Source: Blasia pusilla (taxonomy: Eukaryota). From it: a stretch of DNA of 64,000 bases. The stretch lies in assembly GCA_050084515.1 (NCBI GenBank), contig CM114271.1, positions 2,356,001 through 2,420,000 of the forward strand, written 5' to 3'. The position numbers and the translations under genes were made by a program. Below are positions 1 to 12,456 of the stretch, in pieces; position 1 is the first letter of the stretch, and each line of letters opens with the position of its first letter. The notes beneath the pieces are model-generated. The model did no database searches and had not been told where the DNA came from. It was given only the letters and a program-made list of their open reading frames with translations.

Positions 1-410
1 AATTGTAGTGTATCGTGGGTAACTCTTGATTTACCTGCAAGACGGAACTGAGTTCCAAGTTCTTCAATGCAATGCGCGGAGACTAACCCACCTGCCAGCT
101 TTTGGCACTGATGACAGTGGTTGAGGTCTAACTTCCTCCCTGATGAATGTAGTTGTGACCTATTCTTTCAGTTAGAAAACCAAAGGTTTCACTGGAGTTA
201 GTTTGTTGAAAGTGGTCGATGTAAAAGTGCGCCTGTAGTAGTCTTGAGACATCAACATAAAGAAGCAAGTGATTCATAGTATGCTTTTTGGCATAAAGGA
301 AATCAATCTTTGCAAGCAACCTCCAAAGTTGAATAGCTGATTTCTCCACTATTCCACTCGTAAAGTATTGGAAGCCTCTTACACTGTCACGTTCATTGGA
401 ACTCTTGTAG

Positions 411-844
411 GTTTGGGAAGGTCAAGGTGTTATTAAATACGGGCGGAAGTTTATCGGGGCAACTGCTCCCCTGGCATCAGAGCCCGGAACAATCCGAGGG
501 GATTATGCAATTTCAGTTGGAAGGTACTTGTGATTTGATTCGCATGTGCATCGGTCGATGGTTCAACTCCTACCAGACTTCCACCTGCCTCTGTTTCTTA
601 CACTTTGATTAGAGCTTTTGCATAGCATTCCTTGTTTTCAAGTGGGGCTTGATTTTGTGCTAGTGAGCTACTGTGGTGACATGCCTTCACTTTCGTGAAA
701 CTAACTGAGATATTTGCCCAATGCAGGAACATCATTCATGGTAGTGATGGACCAGAAACTGCAAAGGATGAAATCAACCTATGGTTCAAGCCAGAGGAGA
801 TCCTCTCTTACAAAAAGGAGACTGACAAATGGCTATATGAGTAG
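411..844 (+). CDS. NDPK3: Nucleoside diphosphate kinase, NDPK3/4-like; last two exons (411-523, 727-844), 5' part outside the window
   Basis: Spliced translation [76 protein letters not shown] contains the NDPK PGTIRGD and catalytic NIIHGSD motifs. GT-AG intron 524-726, stop TAG 842-844. Confidence 0.93.
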
Positions 845-1743
845 AGTTCAGTTATCCTTCTCTGGGTGCCAGAATTTTGGGCAGCTGCCTTCTGGTATAT
901 CCAGAAATTGATTACCAAGCTTGAGTCGTGAGAGATACTACTAAGTGGTGATCTCTCCATCTTTTCCCGCGGTATTTCACCAAAATGTTCTGTACCTACT
1001 TTGAGACAGACTCATCTTATCATTTCCTGATAAGTTTTGCTGGCAGCAGTCTTCCACCTGACAGCGCATCGTGGTTAGTCTTAATAGTGAACATGGTGCG
1101 AAGTCTCGGAGGGAAGTCTAAGGCTTCGTTTCAATAATGAGAAGATTTTCTCTGTAACTCTGTTCGTGCCAGCTAACCCAGTCACCACACAAGTGGTTTT
1201 GCTGAGATCTGGCTTGATAACGAGTTTCATTTTGTAGCTCTAAATTTCCTGAAAGTCAAGCAGACTATCAATCACTTTCTCATACCATCTGCATTTCAAA
1301 GTATCATTTTTACAGAGCAGTTTTCATGGGTGTGGAACATCCGGTGGCTTGAAATCCTGTGTTTGGTCAGAGTACAAAGACATGGACAGGACATGGTGCC
1401 CACTTTGTTGCCGGGGTGGGATAGAGTAAAAACGATTTTGATGTTGTCTTCAGGATTGAGAATTACCCTTAAGGTTCTTTTATCTGTCAGCAGTTTTACG
1501 ATCTTGTGGAAGCAAACAGGTGCACATAGGAATATCCATGGGATATCTTTTGTCAGCGGTCTGGTGCCCAAAACCATTCATTTTTTGTGGAGGAGATGTT
1601 TGGCAACGATCATAGTTCTGCAAATGATTATACTCTTTGCGGACATTCAAATCCGAAGAATCTTTCTCAGAACACTTCAGGAGCACAGTGCTCAAGACCG
1701 TGGTGGTTGTTACTTACAACGAGTTCGGAAGAGAACGTCGAGG

Positions 1744-4700
1744 TTAAATGTCGTACAGCATGCCCACCTCCAAGATCTGAGCATAAGGGATGTTCAAAGT
1801 TGACACCTCGGACCTACAATTAGTTTCCAGAAACCTGTATATTTTTCCTACGAAAATCCGTGTCGCAATCTTAGTAGCTCTACTCACGCGCAACTCACCT
1901 TTCCCCAACACAAATACAGGACCGTCAGCTCGGGCCTTATCCAGAACAGACACCTCCGAAGCTATAGCGTCGGCAGAAAGAGTGTCTCTCTCAAGTGACG
2001 AAGCGGACTGATTCGTTTGTTGAGTGGATAGAATGTACTGAGTCAGAGTCGAAACAAATTGGTCTACAAACTCGTTGTTTTGCATTTTCAAAACATCTCT
2101 GTATCCATACCGAGCTACACACCTGTAAACTCCATTGAACCCGACTCTACCCACGAGAAAACGCTCAGCGGGTAACACCGTTTTCACAGGCAGCCATCTT
2201 ATGGTGGTGAAGACCAGCACACGATGTAAGGAGCGAACATTCTTGACATAGTGAACAAGAATTGGTGGCACTCCCTGCAGCAAGTCCGTGTAGAAAAAAC
2301 AAAGTCCTGACACCCGCACATCACCCACTTGTACCAGGAGATCACCCAAATTCTCCTTAGTGATCTTATTTCTCATCTCGTACTTGAACTTCGCTAGGCG
2401 CCCCATGTTCCAGGAAAACATAATAATTGTAACAATAACGGACACTACAAAAGGTAGCCAACCACCTTGAGGTACTTTAGTCACGACTGCAGACATGTAA
2501 GTACCCTCTACAAGAACGAAAATCAGGAAAAAGAGAAGGGTTAACAGCACTGGAGTCCGCCAAATCACCAGCATCACCAGACTAATCAAGCAGGTTGTGA
2601 TCAGCATTACCGTCACGACAGCCACACCTGCATCCGTCATCGTTCTTCTGTGAGTTTGAAAGTGAGAATACTACGTCTGGAGCAGCGGCAGATTCAGCAT
2701 TCTAGCAGCGCGCTGACACAATTGGCCTAGTAAATCGCCCAAAAATTCCAGCGAGCGTTGTGTTAAGCTTACGGTGAAACTCTATCAGAGAGTGGGACAT
2801 TCAGAGAAAGTATTTACCGAAGGCATTGCCGATTGTAGATGAACTCCTAAATCCGAAAACAACAGCGAGGCAGAGGATCATGAGGATATAGTTGACCTCA
2901 GGTGAGTAGATCTGCCCTTCGACGTCTTCTGAAGTATGCACCAACTTCACACGAGGAAAATAATGCAAGGCAGTCGACTGCTTGATAACGGAGAAAGTCG
3001 CAGAAATTAATCCTTGACTCGCCACTATAGCCGCCAGTGTCGAAATCACAAACATAGGCCAGAACACCTTGCTTGGAATCATTTTGAAGAAGCCTTGATG
3101 ATGGTCACCAGGATGTTTAATGAGATATGCGGTTTGGCCGGCATAAGTTAATAGAACCGACGGATACACCATGGTTGTGAAGGCCAACTGCCACCACCAA
3201 ACTTGTCAGACTTCTCAAAATGCTTCCGTTAGCTAACCATTTTATCATCTTGAGGCTCTTATGAGTATACTAAGAGAGAATATAAAACTTAAATAGAAAA
3301 CTGGATGGAAACCCATAAGGATACAAACGAGGGGCAATAGAGAGGAAAAAAAAAATCCCCAAAGGCCAAAGCCGCCCCAGAAGGGGTTTCCCCACTAATG
3401 ACTAAAATCACAAAAAAATCCATAAGAAAGAAGTCAAACGTATACTAAATACCCTTATGCTTAAATGACCCTCCAACAGATTATTAGAGTTCACATTTAC
3501 TGCCTATGAAATGATCATCAAGCAACTATCTCTTTCATTTGATTTATCAAAGGGCTGAATGCTGTAATGGTCGCGTGATTGCTACTTAGTATCATTTACG
3601 AGTTGGGTTCGGCCCCGTTTGTGATGTGCTTTGAAAAGTGTGGCCTTTCACGAAGAGGCTCGAAGAATGTGCTCACTTGAATTGAACGTTTATTGAAGTG
3701 GCCCATGTCCGCAAACATCGCCTCGGCTCCTGCGCACAGATATGTATTACCGGGTATTTGATAAGAAGGCTCAATAACGATTCCTTGCAAGACCAGCAAA
3801 GGTGGCTAGCAAAGTACGTAGTAGGACTGTAGGACCACAGCGGATTCTCCGGTTTGATACAAAAGAAATCTATCATCGCTCCAAAAATTCCCACTTCTGG
3901 TACAGTTAAACTATTGTGTTTTTGACCTGTTATGCACAGTACGGTCCCACCGAGCATCATCCAAGCATCTTTCTTGTTCGCCTTGAAGAAGTAATAAATG
4001 TGAGCCGGTGAAAATGCCTTGAATATTCCTGGATAGTGGACCGTAATATTATACACACCAACACTGGGAGTCGTCACCAGCCATAGAGCCATGATGGGAG
4101 AAAACACCCTGCTCACACGATGTGTTCCAAATCTTTGGCCTAAAAAGAGTAGGATCAGGATCACGGCAGATACAACCACAACAACAGCTGCATTCGCAAC
4201 AATCCAAGCATGTCAAACAGTCAGTATAGCTCTTTCAGGATTGGCATGGAAGCTCTTTCGCGTTTGGCAACAGAAAATTCTAACAGTTAACCCCCCAGGG
4301 TCCAGTGTTTAAAACTCTCCTTGCTATTCGTTTAAATCAGCTACGCACAAGTACGTCTCACAACAAGATGAATAAGATCGACCATAGACATTGAGCTGCA
4401 TTGTGACCGACTCCACCCTGTGAGTGAAATTACGGAAGCATAACCTTCATTCTCTAAGATGGGATAGCGTTCGAAACGACCCTGTGCGTGCAGTTCCACA
4501 TTTGCTCGCCATGGGTCCTACAAATTGCCAGGAAAGTGGCTGCACCACTCACGGTAATGCTGCTCTAGTTGTCCCGTTAAGAAAGCTCCAAACTCCTCCA
4601 CTTCGGTCGCAACAGAACTGTATAATTAAGTTGTCTCCTAGCTTTATTGTTGTCTGTGCAAAAGCACTCTTCTTATCTTTCCGTTGGGAAATATGTATAT

Positions 4701-7700
4701 ACTCACGATGATAAAATGGCACTTGGAATTTAGCGTACCTTTGTTCAGAGATGGTGTTGCAGTTGCAATCCCTTCGATCGCAGACAGTACTGCAGAGGAA
4801 ATCATGTTACGAACAGTTTTTTATAGCTTCACAAGTCCTGTCTGATTGACTCTTGTTTTTCTTCTTTCACACCTATTTACTTTTATATCTGTCATTAATG
4901 ATAAGGGTGCCCCACTTTACTAGGATTGAACCAAAGAAACTCATCTAGATAATCTTTCGTATTGTGGGTTGCTCATGTTTTGATGACTCAAATCGTTTTA
5001 TCGATGATGGCCTATGAAGAACGTAACTACAGTTAGCGGCCAAACGGTAGCGGGAAGAAATTAGAAATTATCCGAACGATTTCCTCGCTTCTTTCTCACA
5101 ATTTTAAGAAAGTTGCATTTCTCCAAGCAAGTTTCGTACCGGAGATTGCTGGGGTAAGAATACCATCGCCAACCAACATGCACGTCCCCATCATGACTAC
5201 AAAGTGCAGCACCTTTTGCGCTGTTACATTGTTCTCTAGGAAGTATTTCGTAGGATTGTACACAAAAGCTTCTTTCGATTCCGAATGATGAGAAATCGAG
5301 TGGGAAATTCTTCGTCCTCCCATGTCTTGGACTGGACTGTCTGCTCCAGAATCCTGGCTGATTTTCGCATACTGGCACAGTAAGGAGTAAACAGCAAACG
5401 TTCCACCTGAGAATGTACATTAAAATAGTGTTAAGACTATTATTCATTACGGCCTGTACCTGTTTTTTTTTCTCGCTATCTAACCTATCTAGTATAATAA
5501 CTAACTCTCATTGGTTATTTTGCTTACTATGCTTAGCCCAACTACTGATTTGGTTCAGTAATGAGTAAACGCAAACGTGCCACTGTAAATTTAACAGTGT
5601 CAAAATCAGCATTTTGTCTACTATGCTTAGCCCAATGGTGGAGGTCATGCGATTTCCTCAGCGAGGTGAAAAAGACCACAAAGGAAAATCTAGACCAATT
5701 GTCACCATCATTGGTCTAACTCATCCACTACCTTCCAATCTACGGGCCAAAAATCGGCATTTAAATTTAAGAATTTTCGATCCGACCATCAAAATCTCGG
5801 GAAAAAATAGAACCGCAAAACATAGTCGGGGGAGTTTTTTCACGAGAACCGGTACATTGCGGGTGTTTCATAACCCGGATTGGTAAATTCAGATTTCCGG
5901 CCGGTTTTTATGATACTTTTATAAAGAAACTCCCCCTAATCCTACCCAGTTTTTTGCCGACGAGTTTTAAATAAATCCAAAATTTCTGATTTTAGCTGGC
6001 TACAATTACTCGTAACTCCGGATCTCCCGTTCATTGCGGCAAAATGTAGTTTCTTTGTAAAAATTGAAAAAAACCAGCAGATATTTAGAAAATTTCAATG
6101 GAGAATCGGGAAATCAGTATTTTCAGATAGATGAAATTGCTAGAATTCAGGTTCCATAGAGCAAGCACCAAATTTCATTCAAGCAACATGTGGATAATTT
6201 CAATGAAGTGTATTGGAACTAACTAAATTAAAAATTTTAGCACGGAAGAATTTGGTTCGTACAGCTATGGAGAGAAAGGACGAAGTCCACTTCCCTCGAT
6301 GACCAAAGGTTCTTTAATGATGGCCAGCTTGATCAGTGTCACCTTAACTTACTACGAAATTCTAATCATGATTTTGAAGGAAAAGATCAATTTAGGCATG
6401 AAAAACCAGATCTCACTTGTGAAGCCATACTCATATCGAGGAAACTTCACTGGGGTTGAACCGCGCACTACGTGCCTATGGGTCCGAAGGTGCGTAAGCA
6501 CTTTCAGACTACAAAAGAAGTCTACATCCAGACTTTCCAAACAGCTACCACTAATTTCAGCGTTGCACACAAGTTCACTGTGAGCGAGATTGGAAAAGCC
6601 ACTGGTAACTGATTTCTAAATTCATCCCGTAACTTCCTTCCCCGGATTGGACTATTCTCTAAACTCCACTTTACCTTGGACGTACGTGTCACTACAAAGG
6701 TTGGCCGACCATCCCATTGTAAGAATAACGTGACGTTGATGAATACTCCGCATCGATAGATCTTCGGGAGGTTGAAGCAAATAATAGTTGAAAAATGCAT
6801 TGCATTTGAAACAAGACCTTAGACTACTGTCTATGATGTAAAACGAAGCAAGCAAGATAATGTAACAGGCAACGGGAAGAAGATGTAGGTTTAGAGCATA
6901 ACTCGGGGATTCGTCCTCCACTATTGTCCCATGAAAGGTTGTGGGTTGGGTTACGAAATATCAACCTTCGCCATGGTCGTCGGCTTGCAGCACGATAAGG
7001 GTGTACTTTACGACGCCGATCAAAGTGAGGGTCCAAAATATGAGGCTCAAGACGCCTAAATAATCCGCTTCAGTCGGATCTTTGACATTGATTGAGGGAT
7101 AGACATACAAAGGAGAAGTGCCAAGATCACCATACACGACTCCAAGCGTTCCATAAGCGAGAACCAAGGTCTGCCAAAAGGTCTGGTGCTGTTTCCAGGG
7201 TGACCCACTAATAATCAGCATAAGCATTCCACGTTCGGTGAGGAAAAAGCAATACACTGAAGTTAGTCATAGAAACTCCCTACCACTGAGGGCTGGATTC
7301 ATCTGATAGCTCCATACGACCATGGCCTAGGAATTATCTACACTATGGATAATGTACACTTGGATACACACGAGGGAGGAGTTACAGAAAATTCTTCTAC
7401 ATTTGCTTCTCACAAACCCCTCTCTATAACAGACATACTAAATAAATTTACAATCGCACTGTGGCTACAGATTTGCTTTCAATTTCTATTTTTACATTTG
7501 GTTCAACCTATATTTCGACATTTGGATAATTAGGACGAGTATGAGAATTTAAACATATATTTCTTGACTTCGACAGTAAGAAAAATAGGAATCGGTTTAG
7601 TATTTTGATGCACGACTGATGGTGAATGTATTTGGGAACGTCAGAACGTCACTCAAATGAGCGTATCACTCAGACCTGCGGTGGATGTGGAAAAGGCGTG

Positions 7701-7840
7701 TTCGACGATGTCAAACTAGCAGATAGCGACCTATTTCTAGATCCGGCGTCCTCGCTTGCCCCAGCGATCTCTCTTCCATCTTCGTCTGTTGCTGCTGTAG
7801 AGACTTCAAGCGGAAGCGTACTTCCCTCGTTGCCGACCTC
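1744..7840 (-). CDS. KUP/HAK/KT potassium transporter, multi-exon. Exons about 7676-7840, 6966-7188, 5140-5406, 4739-4789, 3927-4187, 3677-3729, 2818-3187, 1744-2627; true start probably further upstream
   Basis: Family signatures [89 protein letters not shown] and C-terminal [13 protein letters not shown] boundaries keep the frame across exons. The two 5'-most exon boundaries are less certain. Confidence 0.93.
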
Positions 7841-9776
7841 CTTGTCCACAGATAAGAATACGGTAGAGGAATTTCTATTCCAAACGAGGACAGAAATGTT
7901 ACAAGCAAGATTCACAATCTTGATAAAACTGCATACGATTATTCTCATTAGACTAAACACAAAGTAACTTGATAAAATGACATATAATAATTATCATTAG
8001 ATTAAAAAATTTCAATTTTGCATAAGAAACGAGTATGTGTCCCAGGGGTCTCTGCATCATCCATTCCCACCCGAGACATAGATGACTTGCGCCAAGGACA
8101 TAAGAGTTTTGGGTCATTTCTCCTCGGACAAGGAGGGCGGTGCTCCTATCATGTAGTTTCCCAACGACGTTTTTTTCTCCCATCCCCTTCTCATGAGCGC
8201 ATCTCTTTTATAAACGCTACAGTGTCTAGTCACCCAGAAAGATCCATTGAATGCTATTCTCTCACTCATACTACTTTCCAATGCAGTTGGAGGAGACTAT
8301 CTACTAAAATGTTTTCTTGTCTTTTCTTGTCTGTTCATTTGCCGCACCAGTAGCCTGAAAACCTTTTGCGGTTTGAACTTCCGCACATATAGTAAGGGCC
8401 CCGGCGCCATTGTTGTGAAGTTGGAGTGGCTTCTGGAGGACAGTCAAATTTCCTGGAGCGGATGACGCAGCTTAGGAAATGGTCTCCAACGTACAGAAAA
8501 GCAAAATACAAAACGGAATCTTTTTCCAATGGTGACCCTAATATTTTGGGTCATCTATTTTTTGGAATGTAAATTTCGGGCAGCTTCCAGTGCGTCCCAT
8601 GCTAGGGATCCCAGACCTCCTCGCGGGCCCATCGCTATCCTACAGTTTTCACGGAGGCCGCCAGGATTCTTAACAGATCTGTGAAAGCAAGCGATTTAAA
8701 ATGTCCCAAAGCCGATCGGTGCAGCGGCGCAGCCAAGCTAGCCACAAAATATGACTTGAAGCGATGCCGCCTTCAAGAAAACACAGAGGCCACTGTTGAG
8801 TTTCCACCAGTCTGAACTCGGCGAATCTAAGAACTGCCTACGAACAGGGGAACTCCGCTATTTCCACTTGAGGATTTAGGACCGGTTCTACGACCCTGAA
8901 CCATCAAAATCCCGAGGACCAGCGCTGGGATTGGGGAAAAAGACATTCCTTAGGTGACAAGTTACATGATACATCAACCTGAGCATCGAAAGCTCTAGCC
9001 TCTTGATGAGAATCGGAGGTGATGGGTGCTCACATCATGAGGAGCACTCATATAGGGACTGTCTGACAAGGCCCCTATCGGCTTGTGTGTCTTTTTTGCC
9101 CGGGGCCCCGTGTGCGGAAATTACAGAAAGGTGAATGGACTCACAAGGTTAGGTTTGTTCACCCCCTTTACTTCACTTCTGAAGTACAGCGTTAAATTGT
9201 CCTTGGGAGTGTGCACGTCATCTTCACACAAGCCGACTTCCTTTTTCAGTTTCCTTGAATTCTTTCAGACATCGCGTTTCTGTTATTCTGCAAAGTCTAG
9301 ACGTAAATGACGTAATCTCCAGGAATCGTGACTTCCGAATTTAGAACGGTTCTCTTGTTTCTTCATGACGCATTGTGATCGCGTCAACGCACAATCTCCG
9401 AAGCTTCAATTGCGACTTCAACACGATCCGATCGAGTGCAGTCTCCAGTTGCTTGCGAAAACTATTTTATACAAGTTTCTTGCCATATAGAGTCTGTGAG
9501 ACCACATGAACAAACCTTGCCTATTTGCAGAGATTACCAAAACGAAACGAAGAAAAGGGTGAGGCGTGAGACCTAAAATCAGAGAATTCACTACGCCGTG
9601 TTGGGAAATCACACGTGGGCATGGCAACGACAAACGGGCTCGTCCCTTGCCATCCAAACCTTCTGGACGTACGTCAGATCTATAGACTGAATTTAGACGC
9701 TTATACAGATCAGTCCTCTGACTGGAGAAAGCACTTTCTCAATCAATCATGTGTAGGAGAGCTAAAAAGTCCCGAC

Positions 9777-10799
9777 CTGAGAGGATGATGATCAGCAGCC
9801 GGGCTCTTCCCTGATGACTCCGGCGACTTATTGATTGGGGTATCAACAGGCGACGGTGATTCCCGAATTTCGATTGAAGATAGAATTGTAGGCTCGGAAT
9901 CGGCATTGGATACCGAAGGATCACTCTCGGGTGTCTTTTGCACAGCGGATCTAAACTGATCCTTCTCTTCTTCGTTAGTTTCCCGAACCTCATCTGAAAA
10001 ATACTGCATTGAAACGAATCCAAAAGTTCACTACAGTTCCTTACATCCGTTAATATTTAAAAGCTTGAGGAGACTCGGTTGAATATCAACTCTTTCTAGC
10101 CATATCTGAACGATTCTGAGCAAGAGGAAACATTCAGTTTCACTACTTCTAGTAACGCGAGTGTCGCAAAAGCAGCCGTATGTAACGAATAAAGGGAAGT
10201 TATTTAATTGGCTCCAAAAGGTACGGATGGCTCGATAACACGATCCCGTATGGACTTCAGATCTACTTGCGTAAGTCAGGCTTTCTTTCACTAACTGAAA
10301 ACTCTCGCTAGGATTTTTTACCAGTTGGAAACGATTGAATTCAAGGCCGAGAATTGGTAAGGACTCTAAACTTACTCAGGATATTACTTTAATTACGTCA
10401 TGGCATCCCAGTAGATGGACCAGGAAGGATCTCTTCACTCCGAACTAGAAAATCTTAAAAGCAATAGAGTAATTTGAACTATTAGGCGCAAATGATGCAT
10501 CAAATCACTAATCACATGGATCGATCCCCGCACGACTCATGACAAGAGTAGCTCGTACTCATCGATGGCGATTCCAACATGATCTTTAAAACTGCGAAGG
10601 GACGCTCGGAACATCTCAACTTCTCGACTAATGAACCCGCGATCATTCTTGCTGCGAAGGAGGCGGAGGAATGACAATCCGAACAGCGCAATTCACAGTC
10701 AAACTTGCTGACCTCAGACACACCACACCACACAACTCCCACGATGCTTCAACACGAGATCGAGCGACTACTGCAGTATAAGTAACTTACGGGCATCAT
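9777..10799 (-). CDS. Possible upstream N-terminal exons of the KUP/HAK gene (ATG ATG CCC at 10799-10791, then an exon at about 10003-9777)
   Basis: Minus strand reads ATGATGCCC|gtaagt (strong donor), then tttcaatgcag|TATTTTTCAGATGAG opens an in-frame acidic, Ser/Pro-rich stretch (YFSDEVRETNEEEKDQF...HHPL) ending at ag|gtcggg. I could not complete the link to the 7840 exon by eye. Confidence 0.4.
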
Positions 10800-11500
10800 T
10801 GATGGATGCGAGCCTGATCCAAGAACAACGAAGCACTCCAATTAAAGCGCGAGAACAACAGTCGGTGCACTGAATCCAACTCCGATCCACGCATTTCAAA
10901 GCAAGCGCCGTCCTGTGCAATTTTAACATTCATATGGCATCCACTTCCGCAGTTTGCACAAAATATTACGCTCTCCATGGACTTTGAGAGAGCTAAGCGC
11001 CGATCAATCTTCGTCTGCACGCGCCCGATCCAGATCCCTCAAGAAGACCAGAAGGCCATGACGACTGCTTCAGTTTTGAATGCTGTATGCAGAGAGGGCG
11101 GGGCAGTTGCGCTGCTCAGCCCGTTCCATCCAGGCCTGGTGCCCTTGACAGAACGCGCGGGCCGCGCGTTATATTGGAAACCACTAGTGTACAACGTATT
11201 TTGGAGGGTGGAAATTTTATTTTTTCCTCTTAAAAAGCAATAAATTTGTTTTCTTGAATTGAAAACTGATAGAAATGAGTGTTAGAAGTCTCATTGGTTG
11301 TCATCTATATTTTTATTTTCCATCTTGATTTGCAAACATTTCTGTGTTTGACATGGCACAATACGAACGGCAAGAAAAAGTTTCTTGGTGTACGGGCAAT
11401 AGGAAAATAATTTTTATTCCACTAGTAACAAAAAAAATTTATTTTTGTATAACATGATTAGTCTTTCATTCCGGTGCACACTAGTGTTTTTTTACTCATA

Positions 11501-11681
11501 CTAGTAAGGTGCCGTGCGATGCACGGGAAATAAAAAAGTATTTGAAGAATTTTTGTTAGTGTATAGTCTGTGAAAGGAAGGGATTAATGATATTGCAATA
11601 AATTCAAACTTTTTTTTTGCTGCCCATGGCATGTGAAACATTTTCTCCCTGCCCTGTTGTCAAATTAAGAAGGCACTCTCC
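11501..11681 (-). mobile_element. Short non-autonomous Helitron-like element, interrupted near its 5' end by Gypsy element A
   Basis: Minus-strand end reads CCCGTGCATCGCACGG-CACCTTACTAG-t (hairpin plus CTAG 3' terminus). Body aligns with 60413-60613 up to aagaaggcactctcc. Confidence 0.7.
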
Positions 11682-12456
11682 TGTCGTGCGCATACATATC
11701 GCTACACAACATACATCGCTGTCACCGAACACACACACAAACACGCACGATCCCATGCTAACTCATGACATCCAAACAACGAGACAAGAAGTATCAAAAT
11801 ATCTCCAATGTAAAGTAAGATCCAATCTCTCTCTACACCATCTCACACCATAGCTCTCAAAGGTGTGCACTCTCTCTCATGTCAAACCAAACCCACTCTC
11901 CTAATGAGAGGCTTGGGTTACACTCACAAGGCAAGGGACCATAGCTCCGCCGCCTCATGCCAAGAGGTTCAACAAAGAGAGAATGAGCTCTCAAGCTCTC
12001 TCTCCTTGGGATATATACCCCTCTCCTCTCCCAAGCTCTGTCCATGGTAACCTATTCTCCCAAGTCACCTCCTTGGCTCTTGGCTTGATGTAGGAGGTCA
12101 AGGGCCACTTACCAAAAATAGAAAGTTGATCATATACCCAAAATGGTACTTACCTAAAATAGTAAGTTCCTCAATATGGATCCAAATGAGCCAAGACGAA
12201 GGGGAAACCTGCTCTCTCAGGTTTCCCGGGGCCTCAGCAGGTCATCCTCGACCTCCTAGGCCTGTCCTCCACTACTTTTGAAGACGCTCTACTAGATCTC
12301 ACCGATCTATCCTAAAGGACGTGACATCTGTCGTACGCATACACATCGCTACACAACATACATCGCTGTCATTAAACACACACACAAACACGCACGATCC
12401 CATGCTAACTCATGGCATCCAAACAACGAGACAAGAAGTACCAAAATATCTCAAAT
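11682..12456 (-). repeat. 3' terminal repeat block of element A: B2 (11682-11808), A2 (11809-12326), 2-bp spacer, B1 (12329-12456); PPT-like tract 12457-12466
   Basis: 11682-11808 and 12329-12456 are near-identical direct repeats (tgtcgtRcgcatacaYatcgctacacaac...). 11809-12326 is the reverse complement of 34377-34890. Confidence 0.88.

Noticed and set aside
1330-1803. 157-aa plus-strand ORF overlapping the KUP 3' end
   Set aside because: No recognisable motif; lies antisense over the KUP stop and 3' UTR, likely a chance ORF.
6425-6560. tRNA or SINE-like sequence in the large KUP intron (B-box-like GGTTCAACCCC on the minus strand)
   Set aside because: No convincing A-box, cloverleaf, tail or TSD by eye.
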